Positions 7,405-15,977 of a stretch of 20,000 bases of DNA are shown one piece after another. How positions within the stretch are numbered: position 1 is the stretch's first letter; every line of letters begins with the position of its first letter. The translations under genes and the position numbers were made by a program. Origin of the DNA: an uncultured virus (IMG/VR IMGVR_UViG_3300033757_000130) (Duplodnaviria; Heunggongvirae; Uroviricota; Caudoviricetes); IMG/VR virus record IMGVR_UViG_3300033757_000130; one strand, given 5' to 3'. The notes beneath the pieces were generated by a model. The model worked only from the letters and a program-made list of their open reading frames with translations. It ran no database searches and was not told the origin of the DNA.

Positions 7405-7899
7405 ATGGAACAGAAATCAATTACACTTAAGCGCGGACAAGTTAAAGGTATTTACGAATACTTTGCTTCTCAATTGCAGCAAGAAGGTAAAACTGCAGAA
7501 TTTTCATATTTTATTTACAAGAATGCAGAAACTTTAGCACAAGAATATGCAAACATCGTAAATACAATTTATGATGAAAATAGTGATATTAAGTACAAGA
7601 CATTCATGCAAGAAAATCAAGAGTTGCTCATTAAGTACGCAGATCGTGATGAACAGGGTAATCCTATTACGACTAACATTGGTGGATTCAAAATCACAGA
7701 ACAAATTGCTGAATATAAGCAAGAATCACAAAAGCAGTTTGATGATAATAAAGCAATGCTTGAAGAAAGAGAACAAAAGATTCAAGAATCAGTTCAATTC
7801 TTGGAAGTACCTTTGGAATTCAGTTTGCTTGTAATGCCAATCACTAAATTCCCAGATAAGACTGCTCCAACAATCGTTGGATTGTTCGGTGTGTGCTAA
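7405..7899 (+). CDS. Hypothetical phage protein, 164 aa, helical
   Basis: GGAG RBS and last gene before the terminator. 'LLIKYADRDEQGNP' is reminiscent of DUF1617-like phage proteins (unverified). Confidence 0.75.
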   Translation: MEQKSITLKRGQVKGIYEYFASQLQQEGKTAEFSYFIYKNAETLAQEYANIVNTIYDENSDIKYKTFMQENQELLIKYADRDEQGNPITTNIGGFKITEQIAEYKQESQKQFDDNKAMLEEREQKIQESVQFLEVPLEFSLLVMPITKFPDKTAPTIVGLFGVC

Positions 7900-7918
7900 T
7901 AAAAATTGAATAAAATTA

Positions 7919-7947
7919 AAACCAGCAAAAAATAATTTTGCTGGTTT
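7919..7947. terminator. Bidirectional intrinsic terminator between convergent operons
   Basis: AAACCAGCAAAA-aataa-TTTTGCTGGTTT with A/T tails. Confidence 0.8.
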
Positions 7948-7951
7948 ATTT

Positions 7952-10549
7952 TTATGTTGTTATACCAAACAACGGTTTCCACCATGCATCAGCGCGAGTC
8001 GGTCCACCTTCGTACGCTGGAGTAGTATCGTTTATAATGTCATTATAAGAACTAATACCACTATGAACTGCTGTACAACCCATAAATGCGCTGCCAAAAT
8101 ATGCAGACTGACTTGCAGAAAAGTGTGTTCGAACAAAATCAAGTATAGGTCCAATATCTGATGATATCGCTGAACAATTTTTAAACATGTTTGACATAGA
8201 TTTAATTCGCGTAGCAGATAAATCTGTCTGAATATCTGTAATTTTTACACAATTTGCAAACATATAATCAGCGAGTTCAAGCTTAGGAGCAAAAAACTCC
8301 CATTTTACAGGTGGAATCATTTTATCATATATGTTTCCACTTATGCTTGAACAATTTGCAAACATACTTTGAGCTGCAGACAGCTCAGGTAATGTGCCAA
8401 GTGGCATATTTATCACTTTGTTACAATTGCTAAACATCTGTGGACAAACTTGTAAGCTAAGCAATCCAGAAAAATCAGGTAAAGCAGGTAATGAAATACA
8501 ATTGCTAAACATAGCAGGTGCATAGTAAAGTTTATTAAAATTGCCGAAATCACTTGGAACTTCTATTAATGCAGACGCATTACTAAATAGACTACTTGCT
8601 TTTTTGATATTAAAGCAACTATAGAAATTTGTTTTAATCGCTGTTAACGCAGTCAAGCTGCTAACTGCATACATTTCAGAAAAAGCTGTAACTGACTCGC
8701 CAAGTTGTGTTATTTCTGTAGTGTTAGATCTGAACTGTAATGGCGTACCAGTAATTATGTTTGATGGCAAATTTAGCGCTAAATAACTATACGTGTCAGT
8801 ATTGCCATGATTTTTATCAAAACCATCACTACTATACTGAATAGCACCAGCGGGTTTCGCAATAATATACTTTTGATTTGTATTTTTAACAGGATCGAAC
8901 GAATGAATATAGCTCATCGTGTGTAATACTGTCGGTATGCTATACAAATCACCGCTTGTTATTCTAAACGTGTAATGTGCTATTCCAGCATCATCATATA
9001 CGCGCGTATCACCTGTATATTCACAGAAAAACGGACCAATTGGCGCGAATTTTCTAACATTTGCGCCATTATTGTCTGTTGATTCTGTACATGTATAAAT
9101 TTTACTTATAGCATCGTCAAAAAACACGAATGTGTCATCGTTTATCTTTTTAAAATGTTCATCATTAAATTTGTATAATTTACCTTCAAAATTATTCGAT
9201 AATTCTATTTCATTCGCAGTATTATCGTAATAATATGATACGCCTTTTATGCCAATGCAGTAAAATTTGTCATTTTGATTAAAATAATTACTTAGATTAT
9301 TGCCTGAAAATAAAATAGCGCCACCATACGTGTCAGGTATATTGTTTTTCGATGATAGCGTAAATATTTTATAATCATCATGAGCTGTAACCTTACACAT
9401 ATCAGTAGGATTGACTATATTTTTATTTGCATATGGCGGATATACTGCTGCAGCAAATGAGTACCCACCGCCTCCGCCTATAGTAACTATATTACCAGTT
9501 GTGTTTGACCATTTATAATTAGATACATCTGTTGAAGAAACTGAATTTATTATTTTTAAGTAATTGACATTTGCAGTTACGTTAGTTGTTACACTGCTAT
9601 CCTGCAGCTTCGTAACAGTTCCTGTTACGTTTGTACCAGTATTATCAAAATTAAAGAATAAATCATCACCGGTTAAAGTCATTGGTGGATTGTCTAACCT
9701 ACAATTTTCAATAGATGCTGTAAATGCAGAGAAGTAAAGTTGTTCATTAACGCTACAAATATACTCATAACCACCCAGTGTTATAGGAGATTTGAAAATT
9801 TGTATGTTATTATAATTAAGACTAGTAATTGCATGACTTTTGTCTATGAAATCATAAAGCGCAGTATTTGCAGTAACATAAAATATTAGCGCAGCAGGTA
9901 ACATATAATATTGTGAAGCCGTAGTTTCTTGACTTTGTTCATTATTATATGCACTACACATCACATAACATCTATCGTCAACATCACAAATTTTCTGCTG
10001 TGGATTTATGTCAATAGTTATATCATTACTATTATTCCACACATTAACAACAGTATCAGGTGTATTGCCTGTTATGTTAAGTCCAACAGTATTTATTGTA
10101 GCATCATAGTTTGTATATACATTTGGTATATTTAAACTTACCGTATTTGTTGTTGCACCAGAATAATAATTAGCACTTTCATTATTCGGGTACATAGAAA
10201 AATCACACCAATTGCTAATTCTATTAAATTTTTTATACCAGGCATCGCTCAATAATGCAGCAGTCAAGTTTACATCAGGTCCCCAACCACCACCCTCGCC
10301 AAAACCGCCATTTTTCGACGATATTGCTTGATTTATACCACTGAAATCATTTGACGATGTGTTATATGTCTGGTGTTGACACACTGCTAGTGCATCGCGC
10401 CCAGGAAAAAATATTTTTTCGGTCGATGCTAATGGCTGAAGAGACATTGTAGCTTTACCGTCAAAACCCTTTGACTGTCCAAACATTGCAAATGAAGTAG
10501 TTAATGGTATTAACTGTGCAGAACTGTTATTATCTTTTTTCACTAACAT
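7952..10549 (-). CDS. Putative tail adhesin/receptor-binding protein with C-terminal BspA/DUF285-like leucine-rich repeats
   Basis: N/T/S-rich body likely to be beta-structured. About 6-7 repeats of ~23 aa containing MF(S/A/K)NC near the C-terminus. Lies in the late fibre cluster. Confidence 0.6.
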   Translation of the reverse strand: MLVKKDNNSSAQLIPLTTSFAMFGQSKGFDGKATMSLQPLASTEKIFFPGRDALAVCQHQTYNTSSNDFSGINQAISSKNGGFGEGGGWGPDVNLTAALLSDAWYKKFNRISNWCDFSMYPNNESANYYSGATTNTVSLNIPNVYTNYDATINTVGLNITGNTPDTVVNVWNNSNDITIDINPQQKICDVDDRCYVMCSAYNNEQSQETTASQYYMLPAALIFYVTANTALYDFIDKSHAITSLNYNNIQIFKSPITLGGYEYICSVNEQLYFSAFTASIENCRLDNPPMTLTGDDLFFNFDNTGTNVTGTVTKLQDSSVTTNVTANVNYLKIINSVSSTDVSNYKWSNTTGNIVTIGGGGGYSFAAAVYPPYANKNIVNPTDMCKVTAHDDYKIFTLSSKNNIPDTYGGAILFSGNNLSNYFNQNDKFYCIGIKGVSYYYDNTANEIELSNNFEGKLYKFNDEHFKKINDDTFVFFDDAISKIYTCTESTDNNGANVRKFAPIGPFFCEYTGDTRVYDDAGIAHYTFRITSGDLYSIPTVLHTMSYIHSFDPVKNTNQKYIIAKPAGAIQYSSDGFDKNHGNTDTYSYLALNLPSNIITGTPLQFRSNTTEITQLGESVTAFSEMYAVSSLTALTAIKTNFYSCFNIKKASSLFSNASALIEVPSDFGNFNKLYYAPAMFSNCISLPALPDFSGLLSLQVCPQMFSNCNKVINMPLGTLPELSAAQSMFANCSSISGNIYDKMIPPVKWEFFAPKLELADYMFANCVKITDIQTDLSATRIKSMSNMFKNCSAISSDIGPILDFVRTHFSASQSAYFGSAFMGCTAVHSGISSYNDIINDTTPAYEGGPTRADAWWKPLFGITT

Positions 10550-10554
10550 AAAAA

Positions 10555-11601
10555 TTATACCAAATAAATTATTCCTGGCTGCATACTATCTAACATCAAA
10601 TTATCTGCTGAAATCATTGTTAATTTCTGATTATTACCAGCTGATACATAATTTAACGATTTACCCAACTCGTCGACAGTTGTATATGCCATAATTGTGT
10701 CAGCGCCAATAGAACCGAATTGATTTATTATTGGTATTAGCGTATCTCTAGCAGGATTTGCTGTACTTGTGTCAGAAAGCCATAAATTATAACTAACTGT
10801 TCGTCCATGATCATCAGTGATTTGCATTGTTTTACTATGATTGTGAGGATAGCTATTATTTACAAAATTCAAAGAAGACACATTATATTGCACAGCAGAT
10901 AGTTGCTCAAAAGTTGTATACGTTAGTGTACCATCTGGAATACCAGCCTGTGATGAAATAGTCAATGTTCTCCCATTTACAACAAAGCCTACACCAGATC
11001 CAGCTGATATATTATAATTTCTATCATTGTTTGTATTGTTAAATGTCAGAAGTTGTGTATTATTATCAGCGACTATATTCGTATAATATGGTTCAAGATC
11101 ACCAACATATTCCCAACCAGAAGTGTTATTATTTACAGCAGATAGCCATCTATAATAAGTTTGCTGATGTGCTGGCGATACTGATGATGCTACGTACGTA
11201 TTTTCTTGCAATACCCATACAGGAATATTATTACCAACATCGTTTAAAATTTTAATGACATCACGGTGTGTTATGTCTACGCCAGATACCAAACTAGCAG
11301 AAAGTGTAGTAAATGCTTCATGTGTTCCAACTACGTCGATAACATCAGCACGTGCATTTATCATTACAATTTCATCATGCAAATAACTAGAAAATGACGA
11401 ACACTCTGAATAAGTAGAATTCAGCGAATCAAGTAAATAATCATCTTTGCCAGAATATGGTAAAAACACTAAATTGTTAAGTACTTTACCATCAGCTATC
11501 GTCGCTCTTGTAATATTTGGCACATTACCAGCAATATTTAAGTAATTACCAACATAATATTGTTCTAGTAGTGCGTTGTCCCATGAATATTGTTCTGCCA
11601 T
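10555..11601 (-). CDS. Putative tail-fibre-associated structural protein, 348 aa
   Basis: Late promoter plus GAGG RBS. Contains ISAGSGV..GRTLTISS fibre-type motif, WEYVG, and C-terminal ...PGIIYLV. Confidence 0.55.
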   Translation of the reverse strand: MAEQYSWDNALLEQYYVGNYLNIAGNVPNITRATIADGKVLNNLVFLPYSGKDDYLLDSLNSTYSECSSFSSYLHDEIVMINARADVIDVVGTHEAFTTLSASLVSGVDITHRDVIKILNDVGNNIPVWVLQENTYVASSVSPAHQQTYYRWLSAVNNNTSGWEYVGDLEPYYTNIVADNNTQLLTFNNTNNDRNYNISAGSGVGFVVNGRTLTISSQAGIPDGTLTYTTFEQLSAVQYNVSSLNFVNNSYPHNHSKTMQITDDHGRTVSYNLWLSDTSTANPARDTLIPIINQFGSIGADTIMAYTTVDELGKSLNYVSAGNNQKLTMISADNLMLDSMQPGIIYLV

Positions 11602-11616
11602 TATACAACCTCATAT

Positions 11617-11624
11617 TATTTATA
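11617..11624 (-). promoter_or_regulatory. T4-type late promoter TATAAATA
   Basis: Exact motif between the terminator and the RBS of the 348-aa gene. Confidence 0.75.
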
Positions 11625-11664
11625 ATAAATAGCTACTGCAGTTCACGTGCAGTAGCTATTTATT
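11624..11664 (-). terminator. Intrinsic terminator
   Basis: AATAAATAGCTACTGCA-7nt-TGCAGTAGCTATTTATT perfect 17-bp inverted repeat. Confidence 0.8.
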
Positions 11665-11686
11665 TGAAGTATATTATGAAATACAA

Positions 11687-12034
11687 TTAGTTGAAGTAAG
11701 GACTATCTTCTTCGTCTTCTTCATTTTCGTAATTGTAAAGACCGCCATCTGCTTCTGTATTTTCTTCATCGTTTTCATAATCATCTGACATCATGAAGCG
11801 AGGAATATCGAAGTCAAGTTCTTCAATTTCATCTACATCATCTTCATCGATTACGCCGATTTCTGCGCCAACGCCTATGTCTTCACTTTCAGCGTCAGGT
11901 TCTTCATCGCAAACGCATGAGTTTTCACCGCATTCTGGACATTTATCATCACAATTTTCGCATGAACCACTTTCAAGAGCTTCGAGTCTTGATTCTAGCT
12001 CGTCGATTTTGTTCAATAGTTCTTCGTGTTCCAT
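11687..12034 (-). CDS. Highly acidic small protein with Cys cluster
   Basis: AAGGAG RBS, CENC..CPECGENSCVC, D/E-rich. Confidence 0.75.
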   Translation of the reverse strand: MEHEELLNKIDELESRLEALESGSCENCDDKCPECGENSCVCDEEPDAESEDIGVGAEIGVIDEDDVDEIEELDFDIPRFMMSDDYENDEENTEADGGLYNYENEEDEEDSPYFN

Positions 12035-12051
12035 AAGTAATCTCCTTAAAT

Positions 12052-12486
12052 TTATTTATTATACGCCAAGAATTTAATTTGACGTCTGATTGCTTGTTCA
12101 ATATGTTCTTTTGCAATATCTTTATTGTATGCAGATTTCAACAAAGAATGTAATTGTGTTGTCTTTCTTGAAATTGCATCAAGTAAACTTTGATCAGTAA
12201 TATAAGTTAGTTCTTCTGCTCTAACTTGTGGTTTACTTGCAACAAAAGCTTCTAAAATCTGATATGCTGCTAATTCAACGTGCTTACAAAGTAAAGCGCC
12301 GTCGCCTTCATACATTTCAGCGTTAGTTTGTAAATTTTGAAAAGCAGCAGCTTCTTGTAGTGGAGTTGGCTGATAATTTTCGTTGTAGTAGTATGGTCCA
12401 ACACTAGCAGATTCGTTAATATCCTGCTCTTTATCTAAGCGTTGAAGAATAGCAGCAGCAGTATTTTCAAAAAACATTGTTCTCAT
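12052..12486 (-). CDS. Hypothetical late protein, 144 aa
   Basis: ORF directly downstream of TATAAATA. No family recognised. Confidence 0.7.
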   Translation of the reverse strand: MRTMFFENTAAAILQRLDKEQDINESASVGPYYYNENYQPTPLQEAAAFQNLQTNAEMYEGDGALLCKHVELAAYQILEAFVASKPQVRAEELTYITDQSLLDAISRKTTQLHSLLKSAYNKDIAKEHIEQAIRRQIKFLAYNK

Positions 12487-12490
12487 ACTG

Positions 12491-12498
12491 TATTTATA
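12491..12498 (-). promoter_or_regulatory. T4-type late promoter TATAAATA
   Basis: Exact motif 4 nt before the ATG of the 144-aa gene. Confidence 0.65.
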
Positions 12499-12713
12499 CC
12501 TTACTTCTTAATTCTTCTTTATATTTTCGAATTGCTTGCTGTTTAACCTGCGGAGCAATATTTTGCGATTTAACGAATTTAGTCATTGACGATACACGTT
12601 AAGAGCATGACTTGCAACTCTAGCGTTTATAAAACACTTTTTGCAACAGCAACTAATTCAGGCTTATCGAAAATTAGTTCTTTGATGTCATCTGCTGATT
12701 CAGATAATAGCAT
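12494..12713 (-). pseudogene. Probable ~73-aa gene broken by two single-base deletions (pseudogene or assembly error)
   Basis: Three consecutive frames give MLLSESADDIKELIFDKPELVAVAK / KCFINARVASHALNVYRQ / MTKFVKSQNIAPQVKQQAIRKYKEELRSKV*. The span is 220 nt, which is 74 codons minus 2 nt, and it fills the gap between neighbours. Confidence 0.5.
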
Positions 12714-12736
12714 TGTAAATTCTCTTTTTGTATTTA

Positions 12737-13339
12737 TTACGATGCGTATTCAATCACATCAGCTGCAGCTAACATATTCTTGTATTTTGCAAAACGTTCT
12801 ACTGTGAAAAACTCATCAGGTTCTAAAGTATCGATTAACTGACCTGCTTCTCTAAACGAACCAGTTTGAAGCAGTGGAATGATCTGAGCAGTTTTAGCAG
12901 CAATTTGAAGAGGTGTTACTTCTTCAAGATCAGTATTAATGCATTCTTCTCTCAACAACGAAATAAGTTCATTACCAACTGTCATATTGTAGTCGATTTC
13001 ACCTGCAATACCATCGATAGAATTAAGACGAGTAATGTTCGTATTCAATTCTACTTCATAACGATATGCATCAACTGGTTGTCCCATAAAATCTAATACA
13101 GTGTGTTTATCATATTCATCTAACAAGACTGGAGCAAGAATAGTCCAAAAATCTTTGTTATTGTAGACACATTCACTATCAACGTATACAATTCTTGAAA
13201 TGTATTTCATGTTCAAATCCTGTGTAATGTAAAAATCTTCTTCTTTATAGGTTGATTTTTCAATCCAACGTTTAGCTTCAACTAAATTACTGAATTGACC
13301 TTGCAACATCCAGTTTGTTTTCTTAATTACGTAAATCAT
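12737..13339 (-). CDS. Hypothetical protein, possible tail-fibre assembly chaperone; C-terminal half resembles the 119-aa protein
   Basis: IIPLLQTGSFREA...MLAAAD versus ILSLIRSGYFYTA...LLEAD. Lies downstream of fibre genes. Confidence 0.5.
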   Translation of the reverse strand: MIYVIKKTNWMLQGQFSNLVEAKRWIEKSTYKEEDFYITQDLNMKYISRIVYVDSECVYNNKDFWTILAPVLLDEYDKHTVLDFMGQPVDAYRYEVELNTNITRLNSIDGIAGEIDYNMTVGNELISLLREECINTDLEEVTPLQIAAKTAQIIPLLQTGSFREAGQLIDTLEPDEFFTVERFAKYKNMLAAADVIEYAS

Positions 13340-14001
13340 ACTTGCACTCCATTTACTTCGGCTTTTAATTTATAATTGTTATAGCTAGTTAGCATGGATA
13401 ATATATTAGTGTTATCTTGTAATCTCCAGTCTTCACCTGTAAATTCAGCATAATCTCCAGTTGCATTAGAATATACTAGCGGTACCCAATAACCAGCACC
13501 ACTTGGATATGTTACACCAAAATAGATATAATAATCAGTTCCTTCTGAAACTTGTATATTTAAATTATTTTTATAAATTGTATATACTGTTTTACTAGTA
13601 CCATTTACTGTCAAAGTATCTGTAGCATACGAAAAACCAGCGTCCTGATTAGCGTATATTGTATCTCCTGTCGATGCGTTTAAAATTTTTATTCTTTCAG
13701 TATAATGACTACGATCAGAATTTGACCATAATTTTAAACTTGTAATCGTTGACGTCGATGCACGATATTTTAATAAAATTTTCTGTGATGAGTTAAATGA
13801 ATCACTATATTCATCAACTACAGTTGAATGATCTCTTTGCCAAACTAATTTAGCAGTCACGCCATCTGGACACCAATAAACATATTTAACACTTCTATTG
13901 ACATTATTGTTGTCACGCCAGATTATATTGCGTGCTCTACTACTATGCATAGTAGAGTCTGGAGCAGTCATCAAAATGTTTTCTAAATCACCTGCAGCCA
14001 T
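13336..14001 (-). CDS. Putative fibre-tip/adhesin protein, 221 aa
   Basis: N-terminal VKYVY..DG..AKLVWQ motif of the kind seen in small proteins following phage fibre genes, then a beta-rich, Y/T/N-rich domain. Confidence 0.5.
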   Translation of the reverse strand: MAAGDLENILMTAPDSTMHSSRARNIIWRDNNNVNRSVKYVYWCPDGVTAKLVWQRDHSTVVDEYSDSFNSSQKILLKYRASTSTITSLKLWSNSDRSHYTERIKILNASTGDTIYANQDAGFSYATDTLTVNGTSKTVYTIYKNNLNIQVSEGTDYYIYFGVTYPSGAGYWVPLVYSNATGDYAEFTGEDWRLQDNTNILSMLTSYNNYKLKAEVNGVQV

Positions 14002-15618
14002 TTACACCTCGTAAACGAAATAATAAGTATTAGCAGACAATGTAACAGCACTGATAGCAGTACAGTTAATACATGCGGCGCCAATCACAAATTGTCCATC
14101 TGCATTCTTAGCTAACATATAGTTAGGACCAGATACGAAATTCGCATTTGCAGATTGTACCATTGCATCGCAAGAAGCTTTAATTGGGTTAAGAATTTGT
14201 GTTTCTGGACATTCATTTCCGCTATTCTTTGCTTTAGCAAAAATAGTACCTTTATTGTTTGGTGTAAAGTCTACTTGCATAGTGTCGTTAGAATCTAGGT
14301 CACCAACATTTCCACCTTGTGCGTATTTTAAGAAACCACGATACATGCCAACACCACCAACACCAATCCAGGTAGTACCTAATACACTCGTGTTTTGTCC
14401 AAAATGTGCAGATGTTTGACGTGAAGCACCAATTAAAGTTGCAGCAGATGCAACTGCTATCATATTTTTACCATTTGCTGCACTGAAATATGTTGAACCA
14501 CTTACAGTACCGCCAGATAATGGAAGATAAGTATCATCTAACCAATCTTTTGTCGGAATTACGTTAGTGTTTGCACCTAATTTACTTCCACCAGCAATTC
14601 CAGTACCAGATAATGTTCCGCCAGGACCATTATCAAGCATATCTCTATGAATAAATGTACCTTGTGCTTCTGACTTCGAATAAGATTGATCGTTGAAATT
14701 ACTCCAACCACTTACAGCACCATTACTATCAGTACGTAATACTAAATACTTGTTTACTAATGAAGAATCTGGTTTAGCAACATACTTTGCAAATTCGGCA
14801 GATAGTGAAGACGCGGCACTGGTTTGTGTCTTTGTATAATAATCTGCAAATTTTTCTTCCATAGTGCTCATGCTATTAAACAGCAAAGCAAAATCATCTG
14901 AAATAGCTGCGTAATCTTCTTCTAAAGAATCCCAGTATTGATCTGCAAATTTAGCACTTGCATTTGTAAAATTTATTGCAGCAGTAGTATCAACACCGTA
15001 TGGCGATGCTTGAGTACCATCACCGCTTATTGTAGTACTAGCAAAATAATCTGTTGCACCAGTACCATCTTTACCATTCCAAGCAGTATATGCTGTTGTT
15101 TGCTCACCACTTGCACCATAAGTAAATGTTACTTCTGTACCAGTTTGATCACCTGCAGTAATTGGTGATAAAGCGACTGTCGGCGAATAACCGTCAGCAC
15201 CTGGATCGCCGTTTTGACCATTCTGTCCATCAGCGCCTTTAGCACCACTTAGAACGTCGAAACTATCTTCACCTTGAGCACCGCTAATTGTAACGTGAGT
15301 ACCACCTGCAGTAGGAGTAATAGTAAATGTTGGTGAAATACCATCAGTACCATCTTTACCATTTGTACCAGAAGGACCTTGAGGACCTTGCGCACCAGAA
15401 ATGTAAGCTGCTTCTGGCGTTGTAGCAGAAGATGTAAGTGTCCAATACACATAACCGTCACTTTCAACAGTAGGTTTCCACATTAAATCACTTTTTACAA
15501 CTTCACCACCACCTTGACCAGCAAGAGGATGACCACTAATAGCAGAAACACGCCCTGCTCCATCATATTCAAAGACGTTTGTTGTTATACTCGGATTTTG
15601 TATAATCTTTTCTGCCAT
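14002..15618 (-). CDS. Collagen-like (Gly-X-Y) tail fibre protein
   Basis: GAQGPQGPSGTNGKDGTDGISP, GAKGADGQNGQNGDPGADGYSP, YLPLSGGTVSG fibre motif, C-terminal SANTYYFV. Confidence 0.75.
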   Translation of the reverse strand: MAEKIIQNPSITTNVFEYDGAGRVSAISGHPLAGQGGGEVVKSDLMWKPTVESDGYVYWTLTSSATTPEAAYISGAQGPQGPSGTNGKDGTDGISPTFTITPTAGGTHVTISGAQGEDSFDVLSGAKGADGQNGQNGDPGADGYSPTVALSPITAGDQTGTEVTFTYGASGEQTTAYTAWNGKDGTGATDYFASTTISGDGTQASPYGVDTTAAINFTNASAKFADQYWDSLEEDYAAISDDFALLFNSMSTMEEKFADYYTKTQTSAASSLSAEFAKYVAKPDSSLVNKYLVLRTDSNGAVSGWSNFNDQSYSKSEAQGTFIHRDMLDNGPGGTLSGTGIAGGSKLGANTNVIPTKDWLDDTYLPLSGGTVSGSTYFSAANGKNMIAVASAATLIGASRQTSAHFGQNTSVLGTTWIGVGGVGMYRGFLKYAQGGNVGDLDSNDTMQVDFTPNNKGTIFAKAKNSGNECPETQILNPIKASCDAMVQSANANFVSGPNYMLAKNADGQFVIGAACINCTAISAVTLSANTYYFVYEV

Positions 15619-15977
15619 TATTTAACCTCTTCTGTATCATCTGCTTCTAATAAAGATTTTAAAAGCCATACTTTAATTTCTGTTAGTTTTGCACTTGACG
15701 AAACATCTAACTGTGAAAGTACTACTGACGCAGTATAGAAATATCCGCTTCTAATCAGTGATAAAATCATTGTCACTGTAGTAATGATTGGAGCCATTTC
15801 TTGCTGAGTTACATCAAGTAATTTTTCGTGTAAATCACGGTCAAGATAAGGAGCAATTGCATAATTCCAATCAAGACCTTTTAGAACAAATGAAGCTTTG
15901 TAAATGTCATTGTATATTAGCGCAAAGCTATCCTGTGTTTTACTTATTGTCTCTTTATTATAACTTGCAAACATCAT
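15618..15977 (-). CDS. Small helical protein, possible fibre chaperone
   Basis: Coupled by TAATG overlaps to the fibre-like genes on both sides. Similar to the 200-aa protein. Confidence 0.55.
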   Translation of the reverse strand: MMFASYNKETISKTQDSFALIYNDIYKASFVLKGLDWNYAIAPYLDRDLHEKLLDVTQQEMAPIITTVTMILSLIRSGYFYTASVVLSQLDVSSSAKLTEIKVWLLKSLLEADDTEEVK

